Below are positions 49,915 through 63,364 of a stretch of DNA of 64,000 nucleotides, piece by piece (position 1 is the first letter of the stretch; every line of letters begins with the position of its first letter). This DNA comes from Nitrospirota bacterium (GTDB lineage Bacteria > Nitrospirota > Nitrospiria > Nitrospirales > Nitrospiraceae): assembly GCA_963703955.1 (NCBI GenBank), contig CAVPGK010000021.1, positions 32,001-96,000 of the forward strand. Direction: 5' to 3'. The notes beneath the pieces are model-generated. The model saw only the letters and a list, made by a program, of their open reading frames with translations, had not been told where the DNA came from and did no database searches. A program made the translations under genes and the position numbers.

Positions 49915-51345
49915 TCAAGAGTCGAGCTTTGAGATCTGTCCCGTCAGCTTGCTGAATTCTTTCTGAAAATCGATCTGACTCTTGTGAGTAGTCCCACCCA
50001 CGTACACCGTGACCCCGGTGCCATGAGGGATGATCTTCGCCCACAACCGACGATGATAGATAAATGAAGAGAGTGTGATGCCCACGACGATCATGGTCGA
50101 GCCGATCCAGACGATCGTCACGCCGGGGTCTTTGGTGATCTGCAGCCCCGTGAATTTCTTCGGCTGGTATCCCACCAGTTCAAACGTGTAGCGGGAACCC
50201 TGAATATCGAACAGATCCGGGTAGTGATAAAAGATCCATGGCGCCGCCTGAACCGTTTTCCCTTCCGTCACCGCGAGACGGATGGCGGGATTGGCGTGTT
50301 CGATCGTCTTGGAATAGACCTTCTTCTCCGTTGAATTAAAACCAAAGTCGGCCACGAAGTCGGTCATCGCCAATTTGAGGCCGAGCTTGTCCAGGTTAGC
50401 CTCCTTTTGCCATTCGAGATCTACGGTCCCGACGAGCTTGTCGGTTTCTTTGTCCTTGATATTGATGCGCGCGACTTCCACCCGGTCCCAGGCATCGCCG
50501 TAACTGGATTGGTAGAACCAGATCCCTTTGTGCACAAGCGGATCGTTGACGGTAATCGTTTTCGTGGCGACCTTCTGGCCCTGCTCACTCACGGTTAAGG
50601 TACTGTTGTAGGATTTGACCGCGCCGTTTTCGTGATAGTCGATCCAGAACTTATCCACGTGGAGATCGAAGTTCCCTTTGGGAATGTGGTAGGTCTGGCC
50701 TTCCAGGCAAACCCCGAACTCTTGAAACCCCCAGTAGCTGCCGATCAACCCTCCCAGGACGATGACGGTGGCGCTCAAGTGCGCCATATGGGCTCCGACC
50801 CGCCCTATGATGCCCTTGGTCGCATAGAGCGTCGCCTCTTGTGCCTCATTCTTTGCCAGAACCCGATACCCTTTCTCCAACAGCAGTTGCACCATTCCCT
50901 CGGCAACACGCTCTTTCTTCGCGGCAACGGGAATTTCCACGGTGTGCTTCATGTTCTTGATGAACGGGAGGGCGACGTTCACCTTGTCTTGCCGCATGGA
51001 GCGCCAGACCGCCGGAAAGCGCTTGTAAAAGCACGTCAACGAATTGATACAGAGGAGGGCCAGAAGGCTCGTGAACCACCAGGTATGATACACATCGGTA
51101 AATCCGAGGCGAAGGAACCACTGGTAGGCGGCCTCCCCGTATTCCTTAACATAGGCTTCGGGGCGCTCATTTTGCTGGATCACGGTGCCGATCGTGGCCG
51201 TCATCGCCAGCACGATAAAAAGGAACATGGCCAGCTTGATGGAGGCGAAGAACGTGACCAATTCAGTCCGGATCTCGTCCCAGCCGAGACCAGATGATCG
51301 CTGTGCTGCCTGTTTTTCCGCTACGATCTCTTGTTTTCCGTTCAT
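49915..51345 (-). CDS. resB: System II cytochrome c biogenesis protein (ResB/Ccs1)
   Basis: IGTVIQQ, VYHTWWF, AHLS, VNDPL, YQSSY and DPG. Confidence 0.92.
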   Translation of the reverse strand: MNGKQEIVAEKQAAQRSSGLGWDEIRTELVTFFASIKLAMFLFIVLAMTATIGTVIQQNERPEAYVKEYGEAAYQWFLRLGFTDVYHTWWFTSLLALLCINSLTCFYKRFPAVWRSMRQDKVNVALPFIKNMKHTVEIPVAAKKERVAEGMVQLLLEKGYRVLAKNEAQEATLYATKGIIGRVGAHMAHLSATVIVLGGLIGSYWGFQEFGVCLEGQTYHIPKGNFDLHVDKFWIDYHENGAVKSYNSTLTVSEQGQKVATKTITVNDPLVHKGIWFYQSSYGDAWDRVEVARINIKDKETDKLVGTVDLEWQKEANLDKLGLKLAMTDFVADFGFNSTEKKVYSKTIEHANPAIRLAVTEGKTVQAAPWIFYHYPDLFDIQGSRYTFELVGYQPKKFTGLQITKDPGVTIVWIGSTMIVVGITLSSFIYHRRLWAKIIPHGTGVTVYVGGTTHKSQIDFQKEFSKLTGQISKLDS

Positions 51346-51591
51346 ACAGCAGATCGTCTCTTGGTCATCGTAGGGCTCGAAGCACGGACATTGTATATGA
51401 TGCTGGAATCGCTGAACCTGGTCACGGCGTGGAAATGGCAGGGTGGTTTGCTGTGGACGACATGCCTCCTGGAGACTAAAATAATAGGACCGGCCACGCT
51501 CAGAAGATGACACGCCATCTTACAAGCCGGCTCCAAGAGGTGTCAAGCAAACGCATGCGAACATTATCCTTCTGGATGATGGTGATTCTGA

Positions 51592-51725
51592 TTGACAAAT
51601 CAGTGGCTTCTGGTTTATTCAGGAGCAGTCCAGAGAGGCTCCTTTCCCCCGGTCATACCGGATGAACAGAGTCCGTACAATTCCCACCCACGGCATAGTT
51701 TGCTATTTAAGCTTGAGAGGGAGAC
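51592..51725 (+). promoter_or_regulatory. metK promoter and structured leader
   Basis: TTGACA at 51592, TTTATT about 16 nt later, hairpins AGGAGC/GCTCCT and CCGGT/ACCGG, and RBS GAGGGAG. Confidence 0.45.
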
Positions 51726-54212
<2,487 letters not shown>

Positions 54213-54213
54213 G

Positions 54214-54315
54214 AGCATGGGCTGCAGGCGGTAATTCCCCTGCTCCCGGAGCGCGCACGATCAGAATGTGCTCGCTCGACGGCCGCAAAAGGAATCACCC
54301 CCCGCAACCCCTGCT
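54214..54315 (-). repeat. Intergenic hairpin family copy
   Basis: Minus strand ttgcggccgtcgagcgagcacattctgatcgtgcgcgctccgggagca within a ~25-bp outer stem. Confidence 0.85.
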
Positions 54316-54330
54316 GGGGGAAGGGTGATG

Positions 54331-54360
54331 AAAAGGCCACCTGGTGAAGGTGGCCTTTTT
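54331..54360. terminator. Bidirectional intrinsic terminator after ahcY
   Basis: aaaaggccacct-ggtga-aggtggccttttt. Confidence 0.85.
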
Positions 54361-56152
54361 ATTTCTGTGGCCTTGTTGGATGACCTTTTTTTGAGCATCC
54401 TGTATTTGAGCGCCGCGCTTGTAAAACTAGCCTGTCCCCCTTTTGCCGACCCTGACTTTGTTTAACCGCTTTATTGCTACCATCCATGGCTCTGTTATGA
54501 ATCCATCCGGCATGTCGATTTCAAGCCCCTCAGGCGAATTCCTTAGCTGCCCCGACTCACATTTGTGCAATATAATTTGCTGACGACTTTTCTATCCTGT
54601 GAGACCGAATGCAAAGGCAATACTATCTAAGCAAGTTCATTGGTGATGGTAAGACCACGGCCACGGCGTTTAAGCCCAAAGTGGCGCAATACGGCGACCG
54701 GTGGGGTAAGGTCGATCTCAGGCCGGATCAAACCAAACAGGCAGGTTGGTGTGTGGCCTATTTAGACTCCGATGACCACTCTGGTCTAGATGGTAACCCC
54801 GAAACTATCTGTCTCGGAGCCGATCCTCACGCCCCACTCCCGGAAAGTTTGAGACAGCGTCTTAACGATGCCTTGGAAGTAAAGTGCGGGGGTGTGTCCA
54901 TTTCAGACATCCTCATGGAGTTATGTCTCAGCAGTCCAGACTTCCGTCCAAATTTGGATGGCAAATACGAAATCCATTTGGGAGGGTTACTAAAGGAGTT
55001 GACTGAAGAAGAGGCTATGGCCTTCATCGGGCGAATAGTGACCGCTAAAGATCCTCCTCATGTCCCTTCAGACCGCACCCAGAAATTAAGTGACCAGTTG
55101 CGGACTGCCCTTGAATCTGTTGCAGCATTAGCCAACTACAAAAGAGCCGGCTGGCTTGAAAAGCAAAGATGTGCCTTAGTACTACAGCAGAGCAAACATC
55201 CTCTTGCCATAAACTACCAGCAGGCTTGCAATGATTTAGCTGCTGGTGAAGAAGCGATTTGGTCTTCTCATGCTGCTCACTGGGTGATGATGCTCGCTCG
55301 GGATGTTGACCTTCTTGCAGACAAGTTAAATTTGCCGCAAGTTGCGGGGCGCTTGCGCAGTCCGAAAGACTGCGAACCAACCAAATTTGAACTTTATGTG
55401 ATGGCTGCCTATCAGAGAGTAGGGGCACGCTTGGAAAAAACTGACAATAATAGAACAGGAGAATTCAGGGTAAAACACGGTGATTCGTACATATATGTTG
55501 AGTGCAAGCAAAAATCCCTGGACTCTGTTAAGGAACGTCGAGTGCGAGAGATCTATAAACGCGGGACCGAATACCTGCAGGATCTAATGTTGAGGAGAAG
55601 TCTGTTTGCTACCATCCACATCACTCTCAGTTCAGACCCAATAGAGGCTGACCTGGAAGAGATTTTGAAAGTCGTGGACCAGGAGTTTCCAAGAGATTCG
55701 AGTCAGGTCAAACATCTGAAGAAAGGAAAGAGCCAGATACTCATAATTCCTTCACGAATTCCTCCGCCTTCAGGCGCTGACCATCAGATGCTCAAGACGC
55801 CAAGGGGTTATGACCACGCAGTATCTCAAGGCCGTGTTCAGGAAAACGCGAATGGTGGAAAGATACTAGTGGATGTGTGGGGAGTGGCTTGGCGTTCTCT
55901 AAGACCCACAGGATGGGTAACTAGCGCTATCGAAAGCGTCAAGAACGCAGCGAAGCAGTTACCCAGCGATGAACCGAGTCTGATCTACCTGGAGGTACCT
56001 CGCGGCGATCATGAAGTAGTAGCTGGGCGGATCGCGTTTCTGGCCCGTAGAATTCAACCATTCCTTGAGTCACGGAAACGGATAAACGCCCTGATCCTAA
56101 CCGGCGTCTCTCTGGTAAGAGACCCTCACGCATCACATATCGCAATAACTAG

Positions 56153-57664
56153 CCTTAATCCGAAAATAAAAAATTCGGGTTTTTGCTGAACCGGATCAAC
56201 AAAAAAGGCCTCCTGTGTGGTAAAGAGAGCGGGCGCGCCAACGCACGACTCTCAACACAGGAGGCCCCGAAAATGCGCTTGAGACTAGCAAGCCTACGCC
56301 GCATTGTCAAAGGTGATCTCCGCGTGGAATTCGTCCGCCAGGAGTTGACCTCGTACAGTGGATTGGAACTGCTGCGCCGGTACTTTGCCTTGCTCGATTT
56401 GCATCGCCGCATCCGACAGGCCTTCAGCGCCTACGGACTCGCCGGCGACTATGGGTGTGGGCGCCTGGTCCTGCTGATCATCGCCCTGCTCGTCGTCGGC
56501 GCGCGCCGGCTGGAGCATCTGCGCTATATCGCCCATGATCCGCTCGTGGGGCGACTGTGTGGCCTCGCACGGATTCCCTCGGATCGTACGGTCGTCAACT
56601 GGCTCAAGCAGTTTACCCAGGAGGCCCTGCAGGCGCTGATCACCCTCAATAGCGCACTGCTCTATGAGCAAATCGAGCGGCTGGGCTTGAGCCGACTGAC
56701 CATTGATGTGGATGGCACGGTCGTGCGGACTGGCGGCGCGGTCGCGTGGGCCTTTCGGGGCTTCAACCCCCATCATCGCAAAGATCCCAGTTACTATCCG
56801 CTGCTGGCGCATCTGGCGCAGACCGGCCAGATCCTGCGCCTGCGCAACCGGCCGGGCAACGTGCATGACAGTCGGGGCGCCGTCACCTTTGTGCGGGACC
56901 TGGTCCGTGAACTGCGCGGCCGGTTCGGGCGTGCCCTCCCGCTGGAATTCCGTATGGACGCGGCCTTCTTCCAGCAGGAGATCCTGGCGCTGCTGGTCCG
57001 GGAGGGCTGCGAGTACGCCATCAAGGTCGGCTTCTGGACCTGGCTGGACCTCAAGGCACGGGTCGCCGCTCAGACCCGCTGGGACCGTGTCGACGACCAA
57101 GTGAGTTGCTGTGAGGCCAAGGTCCCCGTTGAGCCCTGGGGCCTGACATTGCGGGTCGTCCTCTATCGCAAGCAGGTCCGCCACGAGACCCGCAAGAATT
57201 TCCAACTCGATCTCTTCTCCCCCGATGACGGACACTTCGAGTACTCGGCGGTGACGACCAACAAGGCGCTCAGCGGCCCGTCGCTCTGGGCCTTCATGGC
57301 CGGCCGCGGGGCCCAGGAGAAGACGTTGGCGGAACTCAAGGGCGAATTCGCGCTGGACGTGGTCCCCACGAACCACTACGGCGCCAACAGTGCCTGGCAG
57401 CAGCTCAGCGTGCTGGGCCATAACCTGCTGCGGAGCTTCCAGCTCCACACGCTGGCGACGCTGAAACCCCGAACACGCAAGCGCACCTACGCCTATGTCT
57501 TGCAGAGTATGCGGACCTTGCGTTTCCTGTTCATCAACCGGGCTGGCCGACTGACGCGGATCGCCGACCACCAGGTGCTGCGAATGACCAGCAATCCGGC
57601 TACGGAGGCGCTGTACTCGCAAGTCTCCCATGCCTTGGTGACCTAATTTATTTTCGGATTAAGG
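56153..57664 (+). mobile_element. Complete IS1380-family insertion sequence (1512 bp)
   Basis: Perfect 18-bp terminal IRs CCTTAATCCGAAAATAAA / TTTATTTTCGGATTAAGG, with 4-bp target duplication CTAG at 56149-56152 and 57665-57668. Confidence 0.93.
56273..57646 (+). CDS. IS1380-family DDE transposase
   Basis: LTSYSGL, IDVDGT, YYPL, RPGNVHD, RMDAAF and RGAQEKTLAELK. RBS CAGGAGG. Confidence 0.93.
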   Translation: MRLRLASLRRIVKGDLRVEFVRQELTSYSGLELLRRYFALLDLHRRIRQAFSAYGLAGDYGCGRLVLLIIALLVVGARRLEHLRYIAHDPLVGRLCGLARIPSDRTVVNWLKQFTQEALQALITLNSALLYEQIERLGLSRLTIDVDGTVVRTGGAVAWAFRGFNPHHRKDPSYYPLLAHLAQTGQILRLRNRPGNVHDSRGAVTFVRDLVRELRGRFGRALPLEFRMDAAFFQQEILALLVREGCEYAIKVGFWTWLDLKARVAAQTRWDRVDDQVSCCEAKVPVEPWGLTLRVVLYRKQVRHETRKNFQLDLFSPDDGHFEYSAVTTNKALSGPSLWAFMAGRGAQEKTLAELKGEFALDVVPTNHYGANSAWQQLSVLGHNLLRSFQLHTLATLKPRTRKRTYAYVLQSMRTLRFLFINRAGRLTRIADHQVLRMTSNPATEALYSQVSHALVT

Positions 57665-57999
57665 CTAGATATCGATATCACACGATCTATCAGAAGAAGC
57701 CGCGCATACCGCTTCCCGACGGCTTTAATGTTTTCGGCGATCATTTCACCAGACTGTGATTCATATTAACTAATGCTTCATTGGGTGAACGGAGGCGATT
57801 TGGGAGAGAAAGGGGCAGGCCCACTGCTGTCCAAAATAATCTGGTTCTCCTGAGCGAGTCCGCATGAAATCGGCCAATTGGACGACTTCGTGCCAGGTTG
57901 TGGGGCGGGAAAAAGGTGTCAGGAACCATTTTGAGCATAATCCGACCACAACCTGACGGCCTGCGATGACGACGGCCATCCATCTAAGAGGAAAACAAC

Positions 58000-58644
58000 A
58001 TGAAGATTGGAATCCTTGGATCAGGTACAGTGGGGCAAGTGCTGGCTAATGGCTTTATAAAGCACGGCTATGAAGTCATGCTGGGCACGCGCAGCCCGGA
58101 AAAGTTGTCCGAGTGGAAACAAAAAGCAGGCAAGAATGCGCGGACCGGGAGCTTTGCCGAGACAGCGGCCTTCGGCGAGATGATCGTGCTTGCGGTGAAG
58201 GGCACAGCGGCTAAAGACTCGCTGGACCTGGCCGGCGTAGAGAAGCTCAAGGGCAAGACCATTATTGACGCTACCAATCCGATTGCCGATCGGCCGCCTG
58301 AAAACGGCGTTCTTAGGTTTTTCACCTCGCTGGACAATTCTCTCATGGAACGATTGCAGGCCGCATTTCCTGATTCACACTTCGTCAAGGCCTTCAACAG
58401 TGTGGGAAATGCGTTGATGGTCAATCCAAATTTCGGAGGCGTCAAACCCACCATGTTCATTTGCGGCCGCAATGCCCGTGCCAAAGAAGAGGTGGGCAAG
58501 ATCGTCCGCCAGTTCGGATTTGAGGTTGAAGATATGGGCGGAGTCGAAGCAGCCCGAGCCATCGAGCCGCTCTGTATGCTGTGGTGCATCCCGGGTCTTC
58601 TCCGCAATGAGTGGACGCATGCCTTTAAGCTCCTCAAACAATAG
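58000..58644 (+). CDS. NADPH-dependent F420 reductase-like (NADP oxidoreductase family)
   Basis: GILGSGTVG, IDATNP, VKAFN and ARAIEP. Confidence 0.85.
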   Translation: MKIGILGSGTVGQVLANGFIKHGYEVMLGTRSPEKLSEWKQKAGKNARTGSFAETAAFGEMIVLAVKGTAAKDSLDLAGVEKLKGKTIIDATNPIADRPPENGVLRFFTSLDNSLMERLQAAFPDSHFVKAFNSVGNALMVNPNFGGVKPTMFICGRNARAKEEVGKIVRQFGFEVEDMGGVEAARAIEPLCMLWCIPGLLRNEWTHAFKLLKQ

Positions 58645-58780
58645 GGGCATAAGCTCGGGAATGGGAAATAGCCTGCCGATGGCGACGGCCGAACCTACAA
58701 CCAGGCAGCGAAACCCGTGAAGCGGAAGTATGCTGACCCTCGGTATCGCATGACTTCCACTCCAGCCTTTTGCCTTTGTC

Positions 58781-61141
58781 TCAGGGGTAGCCTGAAGTGG
58801 CGGAGTGAATCGGCAACGTGAAGAAGAACCGGCTGCCTTCGCCAGGGACGCTTTCGACCCAGATGCGGCCTCCGTGTAGTTCCACCAGGCTCTTGGTGAT
58901 GGCCAGACCCAAGCCGGCTCCACGTGACTCGGACGTCGTTGAATCCCCGCGATAAAACCGTTCGAAGATCTTTTCCAACTCGTGCGGCTGGATGCCGCAC
59001 CCCGTATCCGCCACGCAGACCTGAACGAACTTGTCGCCGTCCATCCGCGATCGTACCGTGATCTCTCCGCCGGATGGGGTAAATTTCATTGCGTTCTGAA
59101 TCAAGTTGGTGAGAATCTGATGCAGCTTATCCCGATCGCCTTGGATCACGGGAAGCCCTTCGGCGAGTTCACACCGGAGAGACAACGCTCTTTCGTTCGC
59201 CATCGAGTGAAAGCCCTCCGCCACGTCCGCCACCAGTTCAGCCATCGATACCGCTCCGACCTTTACTTTGACCACGCCGGCCTCAATTCTTGAGAGATCA
59301 AGCAGGTCGTTGATCATGCGCGTAAGCCGCTCGATGTTGTATTTGACGCGACCCAGATAATGGGACTGCTTGTCGTTCAGACCACCGACGACCCCATCCA
59401 ACAGATTGTCCACGTATCCCTTGATCGAGGTCATCGGCGTACGCAGCTCGTGGGAGACCATCGAGACGAACGCCGACTTCATGCTATCCATTTCTCTGAG
59501 GCGGGCATTGGCGCCTTCCAATGCGCGATTCACCATCTCCAATGCCGCAGTCCGATCTCGTACTTTCGCTTCAAGCCCGGCATTGAGGGTTTCGATCTGG
59601 TGGTACGCGTCAGCATTGTCCAAGGCAATAGCCACTTGCCCGGCCACGGTAACCATCAGGTCCAGATCTTCCTGCGTGAGACTCTCTTCCTTGGTCCGAT
59701 CCACCGTCAGAGACCCGATCACTCGATCTTTTACTTTCAACGGAACCGAGATGACCGCCGTCGCCTGAGTGGCGAGCGCCAACTGGCGGTTCAGCGGATG
59801 CAAGCGGTCCCATACCGCGCGGAGATTTCCTACGAGAACCGGCTTGCCTTGGAGCATGACGGTTCCTTCCAGGCTGTCCGGATCAGCGAGAGGGATATCA
59901 TGGCCCTGTCTGAGGGCCGCAATCTCGTCCGGGACCCCGAAGATCCTGGCGTCTCGCTCAACCCGACGGTCGGCGTCATAGAAAGCGATCATGGCCCGAT
60001 CATAATGCAGGTCCGTGAGGATGGCCTGCATGACGGCCTTGATGAGACTCTCGCGATCGATGGTCGAACTGAAAATCAGTCCGGCATCGTGGAGCGTGGT
60101 CAGTTGACTGATCTTGCGTCTGAGCTCCACCGTTGTGCGCTGCTGTTCCACATAGGCGTCGCGCAGCTCTTCGTGTCGAGTTTCGACGAAACGCAGTTGC
60201 TCCTGAATAATCTGCTCTCGAGCATCAACATCGGCGCGCCAGGCTCTGAACCCAGCGGTCATCCATGCAACCACCGCCGGGAACAGCGCAAGAATCAGCG
60301 CCTCCACAAACCTCATCTCCGGATAACGGATGCGCAGGATAGTCAACACCGCTCCACCAGCCAACAGTCCCACCGCCGGTTTGAGCCAACGGCCCCGGGG
60401 CTGCGGTGTCCAGGCAACGCTCCATTCACAATACTCATCGCCGTTGGCCATGCAACTGAGATCCGTGATGGTGGCTGCCGGGAGCGCATGGACCCGCTCC
60501 GGAACCGCCGCCAGCCCGCCTTTTGAGGATTGGCACACCAGTTCGGCGCACCCGTAGCGATAGCGGCCGAATTGCCGATACACATCGTCCGTGCATTTCA
60601 TCCGCAGCACTGCCGTGCGATCCGTTACCGTGCCGACTTCGAACAAGAGCGAGCCCTTCGCGAACTTGTCGCCGAAATGGGGGAACATGGAGTAGATCTG
60701 GGACAGGGAGAAGGGACGCCCCAAAGTCTGGATGATGGGAGAAATGAGCTTTTCCTTCCCGACCTTGTAGGGAAACTGCGGATCGTTGGCAATGACTTTA
60801 CAAAACTCTCCCAGGAAGCAGAGAAACTCATACGAATAACTGTTCCAAACATTCTTAAGGAAGGCGGGCGTGACGTGGTAGGTCGGGTCGTGGATGCGCT
60901 CGTTGAGCAGGCGGGCTAATTCGTCGAGCGCGCGGGCACCGGCGTCCGGTCCTTTCTTAGACGCCACGACATCCTCAAGGTAGTCCACATAGGCGCGAAT
61001 CTTTATCCCGCTGGCATCCCGGATCATCTTCCCGGATGCATCCATCCCGAAAGGACGATGATCCATGTGGGGTTTTTCAAGAATCCGGTGGTCTTTGGAC
61101 AGCAGGTCAGTCACAGTCTCAGCTCCACGAGTTTCGTCCAT
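58781..61141 (-). CDS. Sensor histidine kinase (HNOX/V4R-like - 2TM - GAF - HisKA - HATPase)
   Basis: [12 protein letters not shown] (V4R-like), GAF with SVPL...[20 protein letters not shown] and GAGLGL. Confidence 0.88.
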   Translation of the reverse strand: MDETRGAETVTDLLSKDHRILEKPHMDHRPFGMDASGKMIRDASGIKIRAYVDYLEDVVASKKGPDAGARALDELARLLNERIHDPTYHVTPAFLKNVWNSYSYEFLCFLGEFCKVIANDPQFPYKVGKEKLISPIIQTLGRPFSLSQIYSMFPHFGDKFAKGSLLFEVGTVTDRTAVLRMKCTDDVYRQFGRYRYGCAELVCQSSKGGLAAVPERVHALPAATITDLSCMANGDEYCEWSVAWTPQPRGRWLKPAVGLLAGGAVLTILRIRYPEMRFVEALILALFPAVVAWMTAGFRAWRADVDAREQIIQEQLRFVETRHEELRDAYVEQQRTTVELRRKISQLTTLHDAGLIFSSTIDRESLIKAVMQAILTDLHYDRAMIAFYDADRRVERDARIFGVPDEIAALRQGHDIPLADPDSLEGTVMLQGKPVLVGNLRAVWDRLHPLNRQLALATQATAVISVPLKVKDRVIGSLTVDRTKEESLTQEDLDLMVTVAGQVAIALDNADAYHQIETLNAGLEAKVRDRTAALEMVNRALEGANARLREMDSMKSAFVSMVSHELRTPMTSIKGYVDNLLDGVVGGLNDKQSHYLGRVKYNIERLTRMINDLLDLSRIEAGVVKVKVGAVSMAELVADVAEGFHSMANERALSLRCELAEGLPVIQGDRDKLHQILTNLIQNAMKFTPSGGEITVRSRMDGDKFVQVCVADTGCGIQPHELEKIFERFYRGDSTTSESRGAGLGLAITKSLVELHGGRIWVESVPGEGSRFFFTLPIHSATSGYP

Positions 61142-61300
61142 TCGCCGGACACCCAATCATCCTGGCAGGCTTCCGTGTCATAGCATAACGTGGACCGCGT
61201 TGGTATCAATCGATGGAACTACGTATTCAGAGAGAAGCCGATGAACGACTGCTGAAATTCGGTAGAACCCTATGATCCGAATGGGACGATAATCAGATGA

Positions 61301-61828
61301 TCAATGGTGCAGGTGCTTGAGCGCGGCTGCACAGAGGATGATGAAGAGCCCCATCCAGAGCGCCACGCGTTGGAACGGAACGGGCTCCTGCACCTGTTCC
61401 TCTTGTTCCTCGGCCGTTTCGTCGCCGGTCGGCTCGTTCTTAAAGATAATGGTGTAGAGGAAGATCGTCACTACTCCGAGGACAAGGCAGAGCTTGATAA
61501 AGAGAATGATCAAGTACTTGTTGTTCTGCGTGATGCCCGTTCCCGTCTGCGAGATCATCATCTGGCTGACATAATGGAGATTGATGCCGCCGGTGAAAAG
61601 GATGACGAACATCAGGATGCCGATCACCCGGCGGTAGCGACGGTAAAAGACGTCGCTGATCCGTTTGACATATTCTTTGGGGACTGCAGTCTGAAGGCCC
61701 GGCGTGACGGCCATGACGAGGAAGGCGAGGCCGCCGATCCAGATCACGGCGGACATGAGATGGAACCAATGATTGATGATCGGAATAATCTGATTGATGT
61801 CGGTGAGGACGCTCTGCAGGTCAGTCAC
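61301..61828 (-). CDS. CopD-like four-helix membrane protein
   Basis: HWFHLMSAVIWIGGLAF, FTGG and IKL. Confidence 0.65.
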   Translation of the reverse strand: MTDLQSVLTDINQIIPIINHWFHLMSAVIWIGGLAFLVMAVTPGLQTAVPKEYVKRISDVFYRRYRRVIGILMFVILFTGGINLHYVSQMMISQTGTGITQNNKYLIILFIKLCLVLGVVTIFLYTIIFKNEPTGDETAEEQEEQVQEPVPFQRVALWMGLFIILCAAALKHLHH

Positions 61829-61920
61829 GTGGGTCCGTTATTTCCGGTGGGTCCGTTCAGTTATCACCCGCCAATTCTGGAGCGGCCGGAACGGACTCAA
61901 CGGAACTCACGTTTCAAGGT

Positions 61921-63332
61921 TCAGAATTTGAAGACCGGCGTGTCGTTGCCGAATCGCTTTTTTCGCAACTCCTCCATCAATTCCACGGTGATGATGGGGA
62001 GTCCCTGCTCGCGGGCATGTCGCTCGACCCCTTTCTTTACCATGGCCCGAAGAAAGTACGGGATTCGACTCAGCCGAATCTGAGCCGCCTCATCCCACAC
62101 CACATCGCCGGCCTCCGGCGTATTGAAGGCAACGCGAATCTTCTCACTTCCCTTCGGGGTGTAGAGGCACCACTGATCCTCATCCAGCCAATCGCCATGA
62201 TCGACATAGGGACGCGCGCGGCAGCCGCCGCAGATCTCGCTGTACTCGCAATCGCCGCATTTGCCCTTCAAGTGTGGGTATCGTGAAGGAATCGAAAATA
62301 TCCGACCGCTCCCAGAGATCCGCAAAACTCTTCTCCCGGATGTTGCCGGCCGAGAGCGGCATATATGGACACGGGGTCAACTCCCCATTCGGCGTCACGC
62401 GGGCATAGTTGGTGCCTGCCAGACACCCGCCCCCCATGTATCCCTGCGCTTTGGTGATCGGCGAATTGGGATCTTTCTCGTACGCCAGCCGCTTGAAGTG
62501 CGGCGCGCATCGGGCTCGCACCAGCATGTCCTTGTATCTGTCCTGGCAGTCCACCAAATACCCCAGCACCTCTTCATATTGGGTCGGGCGTGATGTCGGT
62601 CAGTTCTTCTCCCCGCCCGGTGCAGACCATAAAGAAAACGTTCAGCACCTTGGCGCCGAGGTCGTGGGCCCACTCGATGACGTCGGGCAATTCCCGATAG
62701 TTCATCGGCTGGGCGCTGAAGTGAACCTGAAACTGAAGGCCGTTGCGCTTACATGCCTCAATCCCAGCGACCGCGCCTTCCCACGCGCCGGGAAGCCCCC
62801 GGAAGGCGTCGTGCTTGGCGGCATCGAGGGAATCGATGCTGATTCCGACGCCCATGACGCCGATCTCCACAAGCTCCTTGGCCATCCGATCGTTGATCAA
62901 CATGCCGTTGGTCCCGAAGACCACCATGAATCCGTGCTTCACCGCATGGCGCGCGATGTCGAGAATATCGGGACGCGTCAGCGGCTCGCCGCCGGTGATG
63001 ACCAGCAGACACCCCTTGTTCACCTCGGCAATCTGATCAATCAGACGGTAGCATTCGTCCGTCGCCAGCTCGTCGGATCCACCGCCGGCCTTGGTGGTGG
63101 CATCCAGATAACAATGGGCGCACTTGAGGTTGCAGCGTTTGGTGAGGTTCAGCGCAATCAGGAAGGGCTTGAAGTCATCGACGGTCCGACCGTCGTTTGG
63201 ACGGTGAGTGCCCTCATCGGAGGCCGCGGTGGCGGAAAGCCCCGGGGTCACGAATCGTTTGATCTGTTGCTCTAGCGAGTCGAGAGCTCCCGCACTGTGT
63301 GAGAAGTTGAGGATCGGAAGGGACTTACCCAT
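61921..63332 (-). CDS. Radical SAM/SPASM protein (NirJ/AhbCD-like) with a C-terminal PCP_red domain (frameshifts at ~62585 and ~62285)
   Basis: CNLKCAHC and TGGEP, SPASM motifs GCLAG...PCPY and KCGDC...CGGCRAR, then WDEAAQIRLSRIPYFLRAMVKK. Confidence 0.85.
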
Positions 63333-63364
63333 GTATCAATAATTTCACATTCTGAATGTACATC

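Larger units (their letters stand above)
54609..57759 (+). pseudogene. Hypothetical protein with a PD-(D/E)xK nuclease-like C-terminal domain, interrupted by IS1380
   Basis: FELYVMAAY...GEFRV...IYVECK...KNAAKQLP. Removing the IS and one CTAG restores the frame: ...IAITRYRYHTIYQKKPRIPLPDGFNVFGDHFTRL* (stop 57757-57759). Confidence 0.7.

Noticed and set aside
51615..51725. Canonical SAM-I or SAH riboswitch
   Set aside because: Key conserved elements were not found by eye. Kept only as a candidate leader.
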